64,000 bases of DNA from Okamejei kenojei (taxonomy: Eukaryota), in assembly GCA_035221665.1 (NCBI GenBank), contig CM069163.1, positions 17,360,001-17,424,000 on the forward strand, read 5' to 3'. Each line of letters begins with the position of its first letter. The stretch's first letter is position 1. Both the position numbers and the translations under genes were made by a program. The notes under the pieces are model-generated. The model searched no databases, had not been told where the DNA came from, and saw only the letters and a program-made list of their open reading frames with translations. Below are positions 26,533-39,189 of this stretch, one piece after another.

Positions 26533-26892
26533 CGCCATCCCAAGTACAAGCCGTACCTTGCACACGACCGGCTTCTGCCCCTATGGTACCCGCTTCCACT
26601 TCATCCACAACCCCAAGGAGGAGCGAGGGTACCAGACTGGGCCGCGCTGCAGGCTGCCTTCAGCCCCGACCTGGAGTTGGGGCAGGCCCGGCAAGGGAGG
26701 GGGAGCCGTCAGCACCACCATCACCAACAGTACCTGCAGCTCCAGCGGGCGTCCAGCCTGCGCCATGGCCGGCAGGAGCCTGTCCCCAGACACATTGACC
26801 AGAACGTCTCCAGCTGCAGCGGCTCAGAGTCGCCCGGTTTCGAGCAGGGCCGGCGGCTGCCCATCTTCAGAAGGATCTCAGTGTCGGACTGA
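26533..26892 (+). pseudogene. ZFP36/TTP-family (CCCH tandem zinc finger) gene fragment
   Basis: RHPKYK, then a frameshifting deletion, then RTLHTTGFCPYGTRFHFIHNPKEE (second CCCH finger). It ends SGSESPGFEQGRRLPIFRRISVSD*, the CNOT1-binding C-terminus of the ZFP36 family. Confidence 0.85.
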
Positions 26893-27146
26893 GGGGAGGG
26901 GTAGAGGTGGAGGGATGCCAGGAGCAACCCGGCAGGATAGGCAGAGCCAAGCTGGAGCCAGCGGCTGCAAGTCTGGGGCCACCCTCGACACCTCCTGACA
27001 AGAGACGGGACACTGGGGAGGGGAGGGGGACACCCCAAATGCACCCGACTATGGATGAAATGCAAGCCTGCACACCATTGCCAAGACTGTTTTATAGCTA
27101 GTGACCTATGACCTGGGCATGCGCAGTTGGAATACCAAACTCGCAT
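26893..27146 (+). repeat. Dispersed repeat ending ...gggcatgcgcagttggaataccaaactcgc
   Basis: Homologous to about 43580-43860 (minus strand) and about 20585-20660 (plus strand). Confidence 0.7.
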
Positions 27147-27261
27147 AGTCAATAAAGTCAATGCAGATAAATGGGATTTCCTCCATCTCTCCACTTTCCC
27201 CAACTACAACTCAAATAGCTGCAAATACAATGCCAAAGAGGCTCAAACAAAATCACAGGCA

Positions 27262-28463
27262 GGCTTTTTTGTGTCTTTTTGTGACTGCTCGTTAGAATTT
27301 TGTTTTATTAGGTTGTGTATGTGGGGAGGGTGGGAGAAACAGAGTCTGAGTCTCCCTTCGGGGGGGATGTGTGTCCCCCATCACCGTCTGTGCTGAGGCC
27401 TAATGGCGGAGCTGTGGCGGCGGCCTGGCTCAGAGCTGTGGTGCTCCAGTGGCAGCGGCAGTCCGCAGAGCTGCGGTGCTCCAGCGGCAGCGGTGGCCTG
27501 GTTCGGAGCTGCGGTGCTCCAGCGGCAGCGGCCCACATAGCTGCGGTGCTCCAGCGGCGGCCGCCTGGCTCAGAGCTGCGGTGCTCCAGCGGCGGCAGTC
27601 TGGTTCGGAGCTGCGGTGCTCCAGTGGCAGCGGCCTGGCTCAGAGCTGCGGTGCTCCAGTGGCAGCGGCCCGCAGAGCTGCGGTGCTCCAGCGACGGCGG
27701 TCTGGCTCGGAGCTGCGGTGCTCCAGCGACAGCGGCCCGCAGAGCTGCGGTGCTCCAGCGACGGCGGTCTGGCTCGGAGCTGCGGTGCTCCAGCGGGGGC
27801 TGCGGCCCGCAGAGCTGCGGTGCTCCAGCGACGGCGGTCTGGCTCGGAGCTGCGGTGCTCCAGCGACAGCGGCCCGCAGAGCTGCGGTGCTCCAGCGACG
27901 GCGGTCTGGCTCGGAGCTGCGGTGCTCCAGCGGCGGCTGCGGTCCGCAGAGCTGCGGTGCTCCAGCGGCGGCAGCGGCCCGCAGAGTTGCGGTGCTCCAG
28001 CCTGGTTCAGAGCTGCGGTGCTCCAGCAGCGACGGCGGTCCGCGGAGCTCCAGCGGCGGCGGCGGCCTGGTTCGGAGCTGCGGTGCTCCAGCGGCGGTGG
28101 CGGCCCGCAGAGCTGTGGTGCTCCAGCGGCGGCCTGGTTCGGAGCTGCGGTGCTCCAGCGGCTGCGGCCCGCAGAGCTACGGTGCTCCAGCGGCGACCTG
28201 GTTCGGAGCTGCGGTGCTCCAGCGGCGGCGGCCTGGATCGCCTCAGCGCAGAGGGAGAACTAGGAGGGAGGAAGACAGGGACTTAAGACTTTTGCCTTCC
28301 ACCACAGTGAGGAGGTGCCTGGTGAACTCATTGTGGTGGATGTTGGATATGTGTTTATTGTGCGTTTTGTTTTTATTATATCTATGACTGTATGGTAACA
28401 ATTTTGTTCAGACCGTAAGGTCTGAATGACAATAAAGGAATCTAATCTAATTTAATCTAATCT
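27262..28463 (+). mobile_element. Non-coding retroelement with LINE-like tail, hosting a minisatellite
   Basis: The 3' end has two stem-loops, TGACAATAAA and (ATCTA)n. It is homologous to 58778-59598 (minus strand). Confidence 0.7.
27408..28235. repeat. GC-rich minisatellite, about 24 units of mostly 32-38 bp
   Basis: Recurrent core GAGCTGCGGTGCTCCAGC with alternating linkers. Confidence 0.95.
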
Positions 28464-28652
28464 TTCCTGGCCAGTCAGTCAGAAGTTAGCGCATGAGCTC
28501 AGGTAGCGAAGTACTAAGGTAGCACAAGTCAGCTGGGTGTTCCTGAAAAGGGAGCAGCTAAAAATAAAAGCCATGTCGAGTCCCCATCCTGTGACCGCAA
28601 TGACCCAACACTAGCAAGTCCAACACGGTGAGACGGGATTCACGAGGGTTAC

Positions 28653-28754
28653 CTTCCACCATGGCTGTGCTTGGGCAGAAAGCGGAGCTGACAGGCAAGC
28701 TCTGTTTCAAGTGCTGCTCAGCATGGTCCTGCCTTCCCTGGAGTTGTGGGAAAT
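28653..28754 (-). CDS. FPGS: FPGS exon 11
   Basis: DFPQLQGRQDHAEQHLKQSLPVSSAFCPSTAMVE(G), 102 nt, phase 1/1. It matches the LP..AF.P...M..G linker pattern. Confidence 0.85.
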
Positions 28755-31700
28755 CTGTAAGAAACAGGATTTCAAGATGTCAGGAACCCATCACCTGAAA
28801 ACAACCCATCCACTGAAAATAATACCAAAATTGACAGCGCTTACATTCATTACATAAAACATCAAATTTCCCACCATTGCATACTGCAAGTCAGTCAATC
28901 AGTGTCGTGTCCTCACCCCCCCCCCCCCCCCCCCGCTCAGTATTCGCAGCCAACTCTCAGAGGGACATAAAAGAATGGTAACACTCTTCCAGCTCCGAGA
29001 AGGACTTGTTGCTGGATGTGTAGGAAGGGGTGGGTAGGTGCTACAAAGGGAAGAGTAACCTTTTTGGAGAGTAATGCAATCAAAGAAGAATGACCACTGG
29101 AAGCATGGTCTTTGTGAAGGGAGGCCACAGAGACCTTGAAGAGATACAGCCATGCAATCTCCCAGTCACATGCGGTTTGAGGACGGCTGTCCGTACAGGG
29201 ATCTCCAAAACACGTGTGGTCTCCTGCATTTTTCAGGAAGGTCTCTATTAGGATAGCTTTATAGGACGCCTGCATATTGAGGAAGCCTGCAATGCAGAGA
29301 AGTGTCTGTGTCTGCTTCTGGGGGCTGAAGGGAAAATAGGCAGAAGCTCTACCCCTTGAATGTGGAATTTATGTGACCTCCTTCTTGCAGTGATGAGATG
29401 TGACCGGGACCATGACTCCGAGCTAAGACACCGGGAGCGACCATGATCCTGACCTCCATCAGCAAAGTATTCAGTGTGGAGCAGGGACTGAGTTTCTCAC
29501 AGGACATCATGTAGGACAAAGAATGCTCTGAGTATTTGTCTTTTAACCAGGAGAGTTTTGCCCGGCAGTTAATTCTTAGAATAAAACCAGAAAACGCTGG
29601 AAATGCCAAGCAGGATATGCAGCATCTGAGAAAGGTAAGCAGGGTGGGGCCTTCACCAGAATGCCCTCACATGGGAGAGAGCTTGGTACAGCCGGCATTT
29701 TAATGCCCATCTCAAATTACCCACGAGGAGGTGGCACTGAGCCACCTTCTACAGTAACTAGTCCATCTGGACTTAATCCCACTGTTGGGTAAGTTACATA
29801 CATATAAACTTTTATTGTTGAAAATTGTGCCAGACTTAAAGATATAATGTAATACCAGACTTCTTCACCAACTGGTCATTTACTGTCTCAACTCATGGCC
29901 ATACTATTGCTACACAGGTAGTTTGACAGAAAACAAGCCCATTGACCTGGGTAGCAGTAGGCAAATCTCAGCTGGATTCCAACAAGTTACATTTATTTTG
30001 CATTCCAACCTGATACACTTTGATCAGCAAGTTTAGAGTATTGGTCTCAATAATGGCAATCATAAAACTACTAAAGTATGAAATGCGAGACAAACATAAA
30101 CTGCTGGAGGAACTCAGTGACTAAGGCAACATCTGCAGAGGGAATGGATAGGCGGGTTTTGGGACAAAACCCTTCTTCAGACTGAGACTACATCTTCAAA
30201 GTAGCCATACATTGAGGAGATTTTGCAGTGGAACAGTAAAATGGAGACTTGAGGAACTGCAGATGGTGGAACCGTCAGCAATCTTCAGTTTAATCAGTGT
30301 TTGGTCGCTCAGAACTTTCCCGACTAGATTTTGCTGAGATAACAGAGGAATTTAACCCTGGGTTAATCATTGACTTTAGCCAAATATGGGGTGAAGGGGC
30401 CATGTTAAGCTTTGACTGGGCTGTGTCAATGTCCTGTCCCCACCTTCAGTTACTGTTTATATAAAGACATGCATTCCCTAAGAATAAGCAGAAGTAAACA
30501 TTAAAAAAAGTTAATAATAAACCCCTGTAAGTGAAAGATTGTTTCGCAGTTCCATTGCAAAACAATCTGCCCACATCTGGGTTTTACGCCAAAATCAAAG
30601 ATCAAAGTCTCCACTCTCTGATGGTTACGGGAGCTGTGTGCAAAATGGGTCTGCCAATTTTTATCCGGGAACAAAAATTGACGTAATTTTGATTTGATCT
30701 ATCAAACTAATTTGGGAGACCAGAAACTGCAGCTGTAACTGTCTGAAGAGATACTAGGTACTGCACCCAAAGGATGCAAGACCTCTTCTAACATTAGAGA
30801 TTTTTTGGACACTGCAGCCATGTTGCGCGGCACCTGTTATCAGTCATAAAGACAGTCATACTGCACAGAAACAGCCTCTTCAGACCAACTTATCCATGTC
30901 GACCAAGTTGCCCCATTTAAGTCAGTCCTGTTTGCCTGCATTTGGCACATATACCCCTAAACCATTCCATCCATTTATTTGTCAAAGTGTATTTTAAATG
31001 TTGTAATTGTATCTGCCTCCACTATCTCTTATGGCATCTCATTCTATATACCTATCACCCTCCAAATAGAAAAGGTTGTCCCTTAGGTTCCTAATAAATC
31101 TTGCCCCAATCATCTTAAACCGATGTTCTCTGGTTCTCGATTCCCCTGCCCTGGGAAAAGAACTCTGTGCATTCATCCTATCCCCCACATCCAGACACTG
31201 TTTTTGATGTACGACCCTGTACGGCTGCTGGATGCTGCAGCTAAATGTGCTAGACCTCAACTAAATGTTCTGGATATTGCATCCACATCAAGCTGTTCTT
31301 GACTTTCAGAATGCTACATACAAATCATTTTATAATCCTATTCAAGGTCTTCTTGACATTGGGCTAAAAGCTTATTTGTGAAAAGTTCCATCCTCAAGCT
31401 TTGCTAACCTTTACCGCAAGTTCGGAATTGTTATAATCGTATACCTAATAATCGGGGTTGAGTTACGAGAAGTTAGAATTTTTTTTCTTTGGAGCACAGT
31501 CGGCCAAAGGGAAAATTTATTGAGGTGTACAAGTTCATGAGGATCATGATATACTCAACACTCAGTATTTTTCCAGGGTAGAGGATTCTAATTCTAGAGG
31601 GCATAGGCTTAAGGTGAGAGGGTAGAAACTGAGGGGCAAAACTTTCCCCCAGAGGGTAGTCCATATCTAGGATGACCTGCCAGAGGCAATTATAGAAGTG

Positions 31701-32252
31701 GACACAACAAAAGACATTTGGATATATGGATAGGAAGGTTTGAGAGAGCTCTGGACCAAGTATAGGCAAATGGGACTAGCCCTGTATACCAACTTGGTAG
31801 GCATGGATAAAGTGGACCGAAGGACCTGTTTCCATGTTGTACAGTTTTATGACCCAAGCGAGTGCTAGATAAGGTGCAGTTTAACCAGTGGAAGTTACCA
31901 ATCTTAGAGATACCAACGTGGCGAAGAACCAGCACGGGAAAAATCAATGCAAGTGAGAGCCATAATGCTTTCTGTACAAAGGAGAACTTAGGTGGGTCCC
32001 TGACTGTTTAATGCAAGTGCTGGGATGTGGTTAAGGCGAGGGTTAGAAGGAAACCATATTAAGTGAAGCAATTATCCAGGACAATCAAATCCAAAATTTC
32101 TCAACCCAAACCATAAGGTTTCCACGTTCGATATATAATTAATAAACTACAGAACAAAGGCTATTGCAGACCTCTTCTTTTTCCGTTGACTGGTTAGCAC
32201 GCAACAAAAGCTTTTCAATGCACCTTGGTAATAAATAAACTAACTAACTAAC

Positions 32253-32400
32253 CTGGGTGGTGATGATACTGGAGCCACGCCCGACATAGCTGCAACGCCA
32301 GCGATGCATTTAACTTCTGGTGGTTTCCGGCCAAACCCAAGGTCAGCTTCTCCCTCTCAGACTGGAAGTCCTCCAGATCTGAGCACAGCTGCAGAGAACA
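32253..32400 (-). CDS. FPGS: FPGS exon 10
   Basis: CSLQLCSDLEDFQSEREKLTLGLAGNHQKLNASLALQLCRAWLQYHHHP, 148 nt. Confidence 0.95.
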
Positions 32401-33879
32401 CTGGGGACAGAAGAATTCAGGAGATCAATGTTCATAGCGATTACATCCCAATTAGTCTCAGCTCTAGTGACCAAACATCACCACTGATTGTCAGGTTTAA
32501 GATGGCAATCAGGTGAGGTGGTAGGTGGAATTCACTATTGTAATATAGAGGCTACAGACAACCAGCATATGAAAAATTAGCCAGATTGCTTTTATGTAAC
32601 ATTGAATATGGGGGTAAATATTGTTGAAATATTAGATTTCCACCCGAAATGAAACAAGGGCCTGATAAAATCATTTCATCTGAGAGACAGCACCTTTCTC
32701 TGTGCCACGCCAGAGCACGTCCAGATCTTTGTGCTCAAAGCTTTGGCACAAAATTCCGTTCCGACTCAGTGAGCACACAAACCATTGAGGCAAAAGCTGT
32801 GTCCAGTGAACATGGCATGAAGCACGAACTAGAGTCCAGCCTGAGGTACAGCCAGGAAATGAGGAACACCGGTCAAGTGTATATTAACAAAATGGCTTCA
32901 ACAACCTGATTGGGGGAAACAAAGTTGGAGGTTTATCCATTCCTCCTGAAATCTGTAAATGCCACCATTAAATGAATAAAATACTATGCCACGCCAATGC
33001 AGCAGACTATGTGAGGTATGGCAATGTGACCTTTATGCCTGGACCCACCATAGAGAAATAATAGGTACCTTTGACAGCCTCAAGTAAGAACTTAGGAACA
33101 GGATAAAATATGTTTTTTTTTTAAATTCTAAGAGACATGCCTCTTTGTTGTGTGATAACATGCAGAGGTCTCCGCACAAGGTGATGCCATCTTTAGTTGT
33201 GGAAGCACCATAGTAGGGTGTTCCCCGATGACTATAATGTTCAATTCCATTCACCATGTCTCAGTTAATGTAGCAGCCTATGCTTCCAGGCAAAAAGATT
33301 TGTGTCACCAAATTACCAGGCAGTGGACACTTCCAACAATGGGGAGTCCAGCCACCCATCCTTGACCTTCAGTCCCTCAACATAAATATCTTGAGGGCCA
33401 CTAATAATTTTGATTAATAGTGACCCTCATAGAGCAATAATAGGTACCTTCGACAACTGAAGCAACCACAATAATACAGTGGCTATGAGGTTAAGTTAGA
33501 GGCTGGGTATCTTGTTCTGAGTGACTGGCCTCCTGACATTCATAGACCTTTCACCCATACGCAAGACACAAGCGAGAGCACAATGTAGTATGTTCCACTT
33601 GCCTGTATGCATGCTGAGCTAACCACTCACAGCTTTCCGCCATTCCAATGCCCAGAACACCCATTGCATCCACACTGTATATCATTCCAAGTACACTGCA
33701 ATTACTCACTCAGGCCTGACAGCACCTCCCAAACCTTACTACCAAGATGAACAAGAACAATGGGAACACCTACACCTAGTTCCCCTCCAACGTACACACT
33801 ATTTTCAATTGAAAATATACTGTCCGTTCTTCATCAAGCTCTGGATCTAAATATGTAAATCCCTACCCAATAGTACTTG

Positions 33880-34495
33880 AGTCATACAGTACCAAAACAG
33901 GCCCTTTGGCCTAACTTGTCCAATCTGACCAAGATGCCCATTTAGTCCCATATCTCTCTACACCTTTCCTACCTGGCTAAATGTCTTTTAAATGTGGTAA
34001 TTGTATCTGCCTCAACTACCTCCTCTGACAGCTTGTTCACGACCCACCATGTGAAAAAGTCCCCTCGGGTTCCTATTAAAACTGTCACCTCTTACCTTAA
34101 ACCTATGCATTCATCCTATCTATTTCCTTTCATGATCTAATACACCTCTACAAGTTCACCCCTCAGCCTCCTGCACATAAATTACCAGCTGGTCCAGCCT
34201 CACTCTATACCTCAAGCTCTTGAGTTCTGGCAACATCTTTGAAAGTCTTCTCTGCTCTCTTTCCAGCTTAATGACACCCTTCCTATAGCAAGGTAACCAA
34301 ACTTCAACACAATACTCCAAAAGCGGCCTTAACAACGTATTATACAACTGTAACGTAACATCCCAACCTCTAGACGCAATACCCTGACTGATGAAGGGCA
34401 ATGTATCGATTGCCTTCTTGACCACCCTATCTACCTATGTAGCAGTGCTCCTAGATCCCTCTGCTCTACAACACTCCCCAGGGCCCTAGCACTGT
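33880..34495 (-). mobile_element. CR1-type LINE 3' fragment
   Basis: LYNTLLRPLLEYCVEVWLPCYRK motif. Similar fragments lie at about 30850-31200, 31470-31850, 56600-57040 and 60340-60550. Confidence 0.75.
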
Positions 34496-34615
34496 GGGAA
34501 CACCATCTTCCCAAAAGGCAAATGGAACTGGACAGTAAATGCAGCCCTTTCAGGGGTAAACAAATGATCATTAAGACAGGAATACTCCGTTCTCAACCAC
34601 TCCAATTTAACTTAC

Positions 34616-34693
34616 TCCAATCTCTTTTGCTCTTTCAACAAGGACAGCCATTGGTCCACTGGGCTGTGGCACTGAGAATGCTGGGACTCCCGG
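34616..34693 (-). CDS. FPGS: FPGS exon 9
   Basis: PGVPAFSVPQPSGPMAVLVERAKEIG, 78 nt. Confidence 0.95.
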
Positions 34694-34821
34694 CTGGAAA
34701 ACAGAATGAAAACTAGACAGTTCACCACAGAAGTGGAGATTGGTGTTACTAAGCAATAGCAGAGGAGCAAAGTGCCACACAAAGAGGGAAATGAGCAGCA
34801 CTATTGAGCAGCTGTAGATTA

Positions 34822-35078
34822 CAGCACTAGCAACCCGGGTTCGATCCTGATTACGGTTGTTTCGTACGGAGTCTGTACGTTCTCCCTCTGCCCACCTGGA
34901 TTTTCTCCGCGTGGTCCGGTTTCTTCCCACACTTCAACGACCTACAGGTTAATTGGTGTCAGTAAAATTGTAAATTGCACCTAGTGTTGTAGGATAGTGC
35001 TAATGTACGGGGTGATCGCTGGTCAGCGATGATTCAGTGGGCCAGAGGGCCTGTTTCCACGCTGTAACTCTAAAGTAA
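34822..35078 (+). mobile_element. tRNA-derived V-SINE (HE1-like)
   Basis: B-box GGTTCGATCC, V-domain (ccggtttcttcccacac) and CR1-like tail. Confidence 0.75.
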
Positions 35079-35349
35079 AAAACGGCATTTACATGTCAAA
35101 TTGATCCATGCCAAAATATTTTTGAAGAGTCAAAAGGGCAAACATCCAATAAATTCAAACAGATTTTTAAAAAACATTTTGAATGAATAGTGTTCAGTAG
35201 GAGATTCCCAGCTTTCAAAAAGAGAGCTCTCGAGTGCCCAAACCTGTCAGGCCACAGTGTGAGCAGGGCAGGGCTGGAGATATGACGCTTATATTCAAAG
35301 TATTTACAGTCCACTTGTTAGATCAGGCGTGGCAGCAGTTTCCTTTTAC

Positions 35350-35452
35350 CTTGAATATTCCTCCTTTCTGCCATGCTATTTTCTCCATGGTGTCGCCCAG
35401 GATACTGACGTGATCTATTCCCAGTGATGACACTCCACACACTACGGGACGC
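35350..35452 (-). CDS. FPGS: FPGS exon 8
   Basis: [34 protein letters not shown], 103 nt. Confidence 0.96.
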
Positions 35453-35557
35453 CTGTACAATTGAAACAAACAGACAAGGAGAATATCACAGGGTGAATGA
35501 AGATGACTAAATATCAGACACAGCCATACTTAGATCTGCAATATTTGGTGAAAATGA

Positions 35558-35850
35558 GGACGACAGCACAGTGGCGGGAGAGTTGTTGCTTTACAGCGCC
35601 AGAGACCCGAGTTCAATCCTGACTATTGGTGCTATCTGTAAGGAGTTTGTATGTCTCCCTGTGACCACGTGGGTTTGCTTCTGGTGCTCCAGTTTCCTCC
35701 CACATTCCAAAGACGTGCAGGTTTGTAGGTTAACTGGCTTCTGTAAGTTGCCCCTAGTGTTTAGGATAGAACAAGTGTATGGGCAATGGTTGGTTGGCAT
35801 GGATTCAGTGGGCCGGACAGCCTGTTTCCACGCTGTGCCTCTAAATTAAA
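35558..35850 (+). mobile_element. tRNA-derived V-SINE (HE1-like)
   Basis: A/B-box-like head (gagttcaatcc), V-domain tttcctcccacattccaaagacg and CR1-like tail. Confidence 0.8.
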
Positions 35851-35905
35851 CACAGATGAAATTGGACATCACAGACACATCCTTGAGCAAAATGAAATCT
35901 ATTAC

Positions 35906-35967
35906 CTGATTATATTGGTACAATCATAAGCTCCACCAATTCCGACCTCTAATATTGCGACATCAAT
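35906..35967 (-). CDS. FPGS: FPGS exon 7
   Basis: IDVAILEVGIGGAYDCTNII(R), 62 nt. Confidence 0.96.
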
Positions 35968-36074
35968 CTGAAGAAACATGAGAAATAATACTTTAAAATT
36001 GTGTTATTTTAATTATAAATATTAGTCACATAATGGGCAGATCTCAAGACTACTCACCCAACTCAATATCTTAC

Positions 36075-36152
36075 CTTTTCATGCAGGAAAATGTGGAAGG
36101 CAAGAATGGTGAGGAAACGGAAGTACGCAGGCATGGTCCCGGAGTCACGGTC
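36075..36152 (-). CDS. FPGS: FPGS exon 6
   Basis: DRDSGTMPAYFRFLTILAFHIFLHEK, 78 nt. Confidence 0.96.
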
Positions 36153-36775
36153 CTGTGGAGGACATCCAGACAAGAGGGAGGGGTGGGGTGAAAAAAATAA
36201 GACCATTTAGTATTGGTTCATATCCTGCTTCTGGAGAATGTGCTTTATTCCAGGGCCTCCATTTCAAGTTGCAAGACCACAACATTCTTGTTTGTGCAAA
36301 TTACATTCTGCAAGTCAAATCAGGAATTCATGCGATTAAAGACTTATTCCACAAAGGAGTGCAGCTTCGATATCATGTATCGTCAACGTGACAGAATTAC
36401 CCAAACTATAACACCACTTCAATGTAAAAGAACTACCGATGCATGGGAAAACTCACTGACTACTCAAATCATCCCAATACCGAACAAATAAATTGCTAAT
36501 GCTTTCATCATCTCTGGATCAAGATCCACTCATGTTCTACCTTATCAAACTGGAAGTACCTTCAAAACACAGTTAGAAGCCAAACAAGTGAAAATAGAAA
36601 AAGGAAGCCAAGGTTTCTCTTTGGGGGAGTATATGCTACAGCCAATCATCACAGTGCCCACCGTACAGATCCAGAAGCATTCTTTCATATCACAAATATT
36701 GTGACAAAAGTTAATGCTTGCAGAAAGACTGCAAAAAACAAACAGAAAATACCCAGACGAAAGATGACCTCTTAC

Positions 36776-36890
36776 CTTTGTTTCTTCCAATCGGTTATAC
36801 ACTTGCCAGAAGTACTTTGTAAAGAGATCTTTGCTGATTGGTTTTCCATTGATCCGAATTCTCTCCCTCACTTGCACAAGGTGTGGGGAA
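36776..36890 (-). CDS. FPGS: FPGS exon 5
   Basis: SPHLVQVRERIRINGKPISKDLFTKYFWQVYNRLEETK, 115 nt. Confidence 0.97.
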
Positions 36891-38408
36891 CTGTTTATAA
36901 AAGATGATTATAACATGTAAATAGTAATGAACGCAGTAAGAATGCTCATGTGTACAAACCAAAAGCACTGAACCAGACCTGCAATTTCTTTGCATCTTTT
37001 CCCTATGTTTCAGAGCAAATTTGTCATTACTGCTGTTGAGGAAATGGAACAACCAGTTATTGCATGTCAAGCTCTAACAAATAGCAGCACATAATGACCT
37101 AAACCTGCTACTGTGTTACGGGTTATGGGACAGTTATTGGTCAGGTTTCTGGAAAATGGTCTAATGTGAAACCTGAAAGATAGCACCTCCCTCACAACAG
37201 ATCCCCTCTGTATGGCAATGGAGCACCAATCTAGATTTCAGTTTGACATCTCACACAAGAACCAGAGTAGAAAAACCATGGAGTAGGTAAAGAGAATGGT
37301 ACGGCTGGGGCATGGTGGTATAACATAAACACAAAATCCAGATAGCAAGAGCAAAGCAGTCATAAGTACATCAGGGGAATATTGTATGAAACAAACATAA
37401 ACGGAGGAAAAGGGACTTTTAAAAAGGAAGCATATGTATGTTTTATTATTAATTACTGCCTTGTGATTCTTTCAAAATACATACCAATGTGTAATAGAAA
37501 ATTGGCACAAAGCATGACAGTGACATTCCATCATCAATAAAGTAGAAAGAATCCATTGTTCAAACTAATTACAGCCACAAGCAACACAAATATTCTAGTC
37601 TAGAAACAAGCATTGCTCTAACCCTGCCTGCCAACCAGCACCAGACGCGTGATGATGAACGAACCAATGCATCATTCATGAAACAAACAGCTTCTGTAGC
37701 CATGTCAGCTCGTGTTTCTCATTAATGGTGAGATAATGATCTGTTCAGCCGCAACATTGTAGAGTGGGGACACTCCACTTTCTGTCATCCTGGATTCATT
37801 ACAAACAGGATTCAGTCTTAAAGCCAGCTGTAATGGTGTCCCTGTACCGCCATCATGAATCACCTTAATCCCTTCTAATGTCTGCTCCTCACCATATCCA
37901 ATACGAGCGCATCGGCTTCCTACACCAAATGAGATTGTCAAGGCGAATTTCCAAAGAAACATTTTGACCATGTACAAATAATTTTTAATTTTAATATTAA
38001 AGTGGTTTTAAAATGTTGTTATGAACATATTCTTGTTAATTGCCCTCAAAAACAGACAGCTATATATGTTAGAATGGTTTAGAGGAAATGGGGCCAATCA
38101 CAGGCAAATGGGACTAATGGTCACTATGCCAACAAAGTGGGCCAAAGGGCCTGTTTCTGTGCTGCCCTATGACTTTGTTAAATTACATCATAGGATACGT
38201 TTATTAACTGGCAGTGACAAAGCTACACATTTTGCCTAATGTTACCATGACCAAGTGCGTACGTGCAGAAATGTGGAATACCAGAAGTGATGAAATTACC
38301 TGGTACAAATGCCTCAGAAAAGACTACAACAAGCCCTCTCTACATAACCTGGACAGTTTAGGATTTAACATTTCAAGAGGAACAAGATGAAAACAAATCT
38401 AATCTTAC

Positions 38409-38473
38409 CTGTAAAATCCAGTCTTCAATCCATAATTACGTAATATATTTTCACAAAATGCACACGTGGAACC
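38409..38473 (-). CDS. FPGS: FPGS exon 4
   Basis: GSTCAFCENILRNYGLKTGFY(S), 65 nt. Confidence 0.96.
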
Positions 38474-39135
38474 CTGTCATAAGCCAAAGAAAATCAAGTC
38501 ACCAAAGGATTGACAACTACATACACAAAACAACAAGTGTGGATCATTAACTTCCATAAGTGATCTGCACAACATCTGGGCATTGACACAAAGATGCAGG
38601 TCTCATCTGTAAATAATAACCCCAGCGATCAAATAATAGTGGGCAAACACAGCAGAGGTTAAAGCCACTTCCCCTTCACCTTCTGTCCATGCAATTCCCA
38701 AAGGGAGAGTGGATGGTCTTTTAAAAGGGATGTTTTCTCATTTCCTTCTACAGTTCATCTCAACCATATCTCCATTCAGCTCAGCTGAACTACAGCCCTA
38801 CTTCCAATGAGGCACACCCATGGGGTTGGGTTGCAAACCTCCAAGACTTTGCCACTTGCCAGATTAGCTTGAGGATGCATTCAGGAGGGCCTTCCCTACC
38901 TCTCCCCACCTTACCAATTCCTCGAGCACATTCTTGCACCGATTCCCTTCAGTAAGGGAAAACACAAGATCTAAATGTTTGTGAGAGATAAGTCAAGTAG
39001 TTTGAGCTCCCGAGTTAGTTTTGGATCAGGATCATCAGGTCAATTAGAACTACAGTGAGTTCCAGATCATATTAACACAAAACATTGACTGAATGATGTG
39101 AAGTTGCATTTACGGTGCTCCTGTTAAGAACTGAC

Positions 39136-39189
39136 CTTTCCCTTTGTCCCAGTCACATGAATGATGGCAAGCTGGTCCAGTTCCTCGAT
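39136..39189 (-). CDS. FPGS: FPGS exon 3 (P-loop)
   Basis: IEELDQLAIIHVTGTKGK, 54 nt. Confidence 0.96.

Noticed and set aside
26348-26998. 216-aa ORF as a functional ZFP36 paralog
   Set aside because: It starts at a non-homologous AT-rich region, the zinc ligands are lost, and the CNOT1-binding tail is in another frame.
27408-28235. CRISPR-like alternation of an 18-nt repeat and short spacers, with 215-323 aa ORFs
   Set aside because: The spacers are only a few recurring variants, the context is a eukaryotic intron with no cas genes, and the ORFs are a by-product of a stop-free GC repeat.
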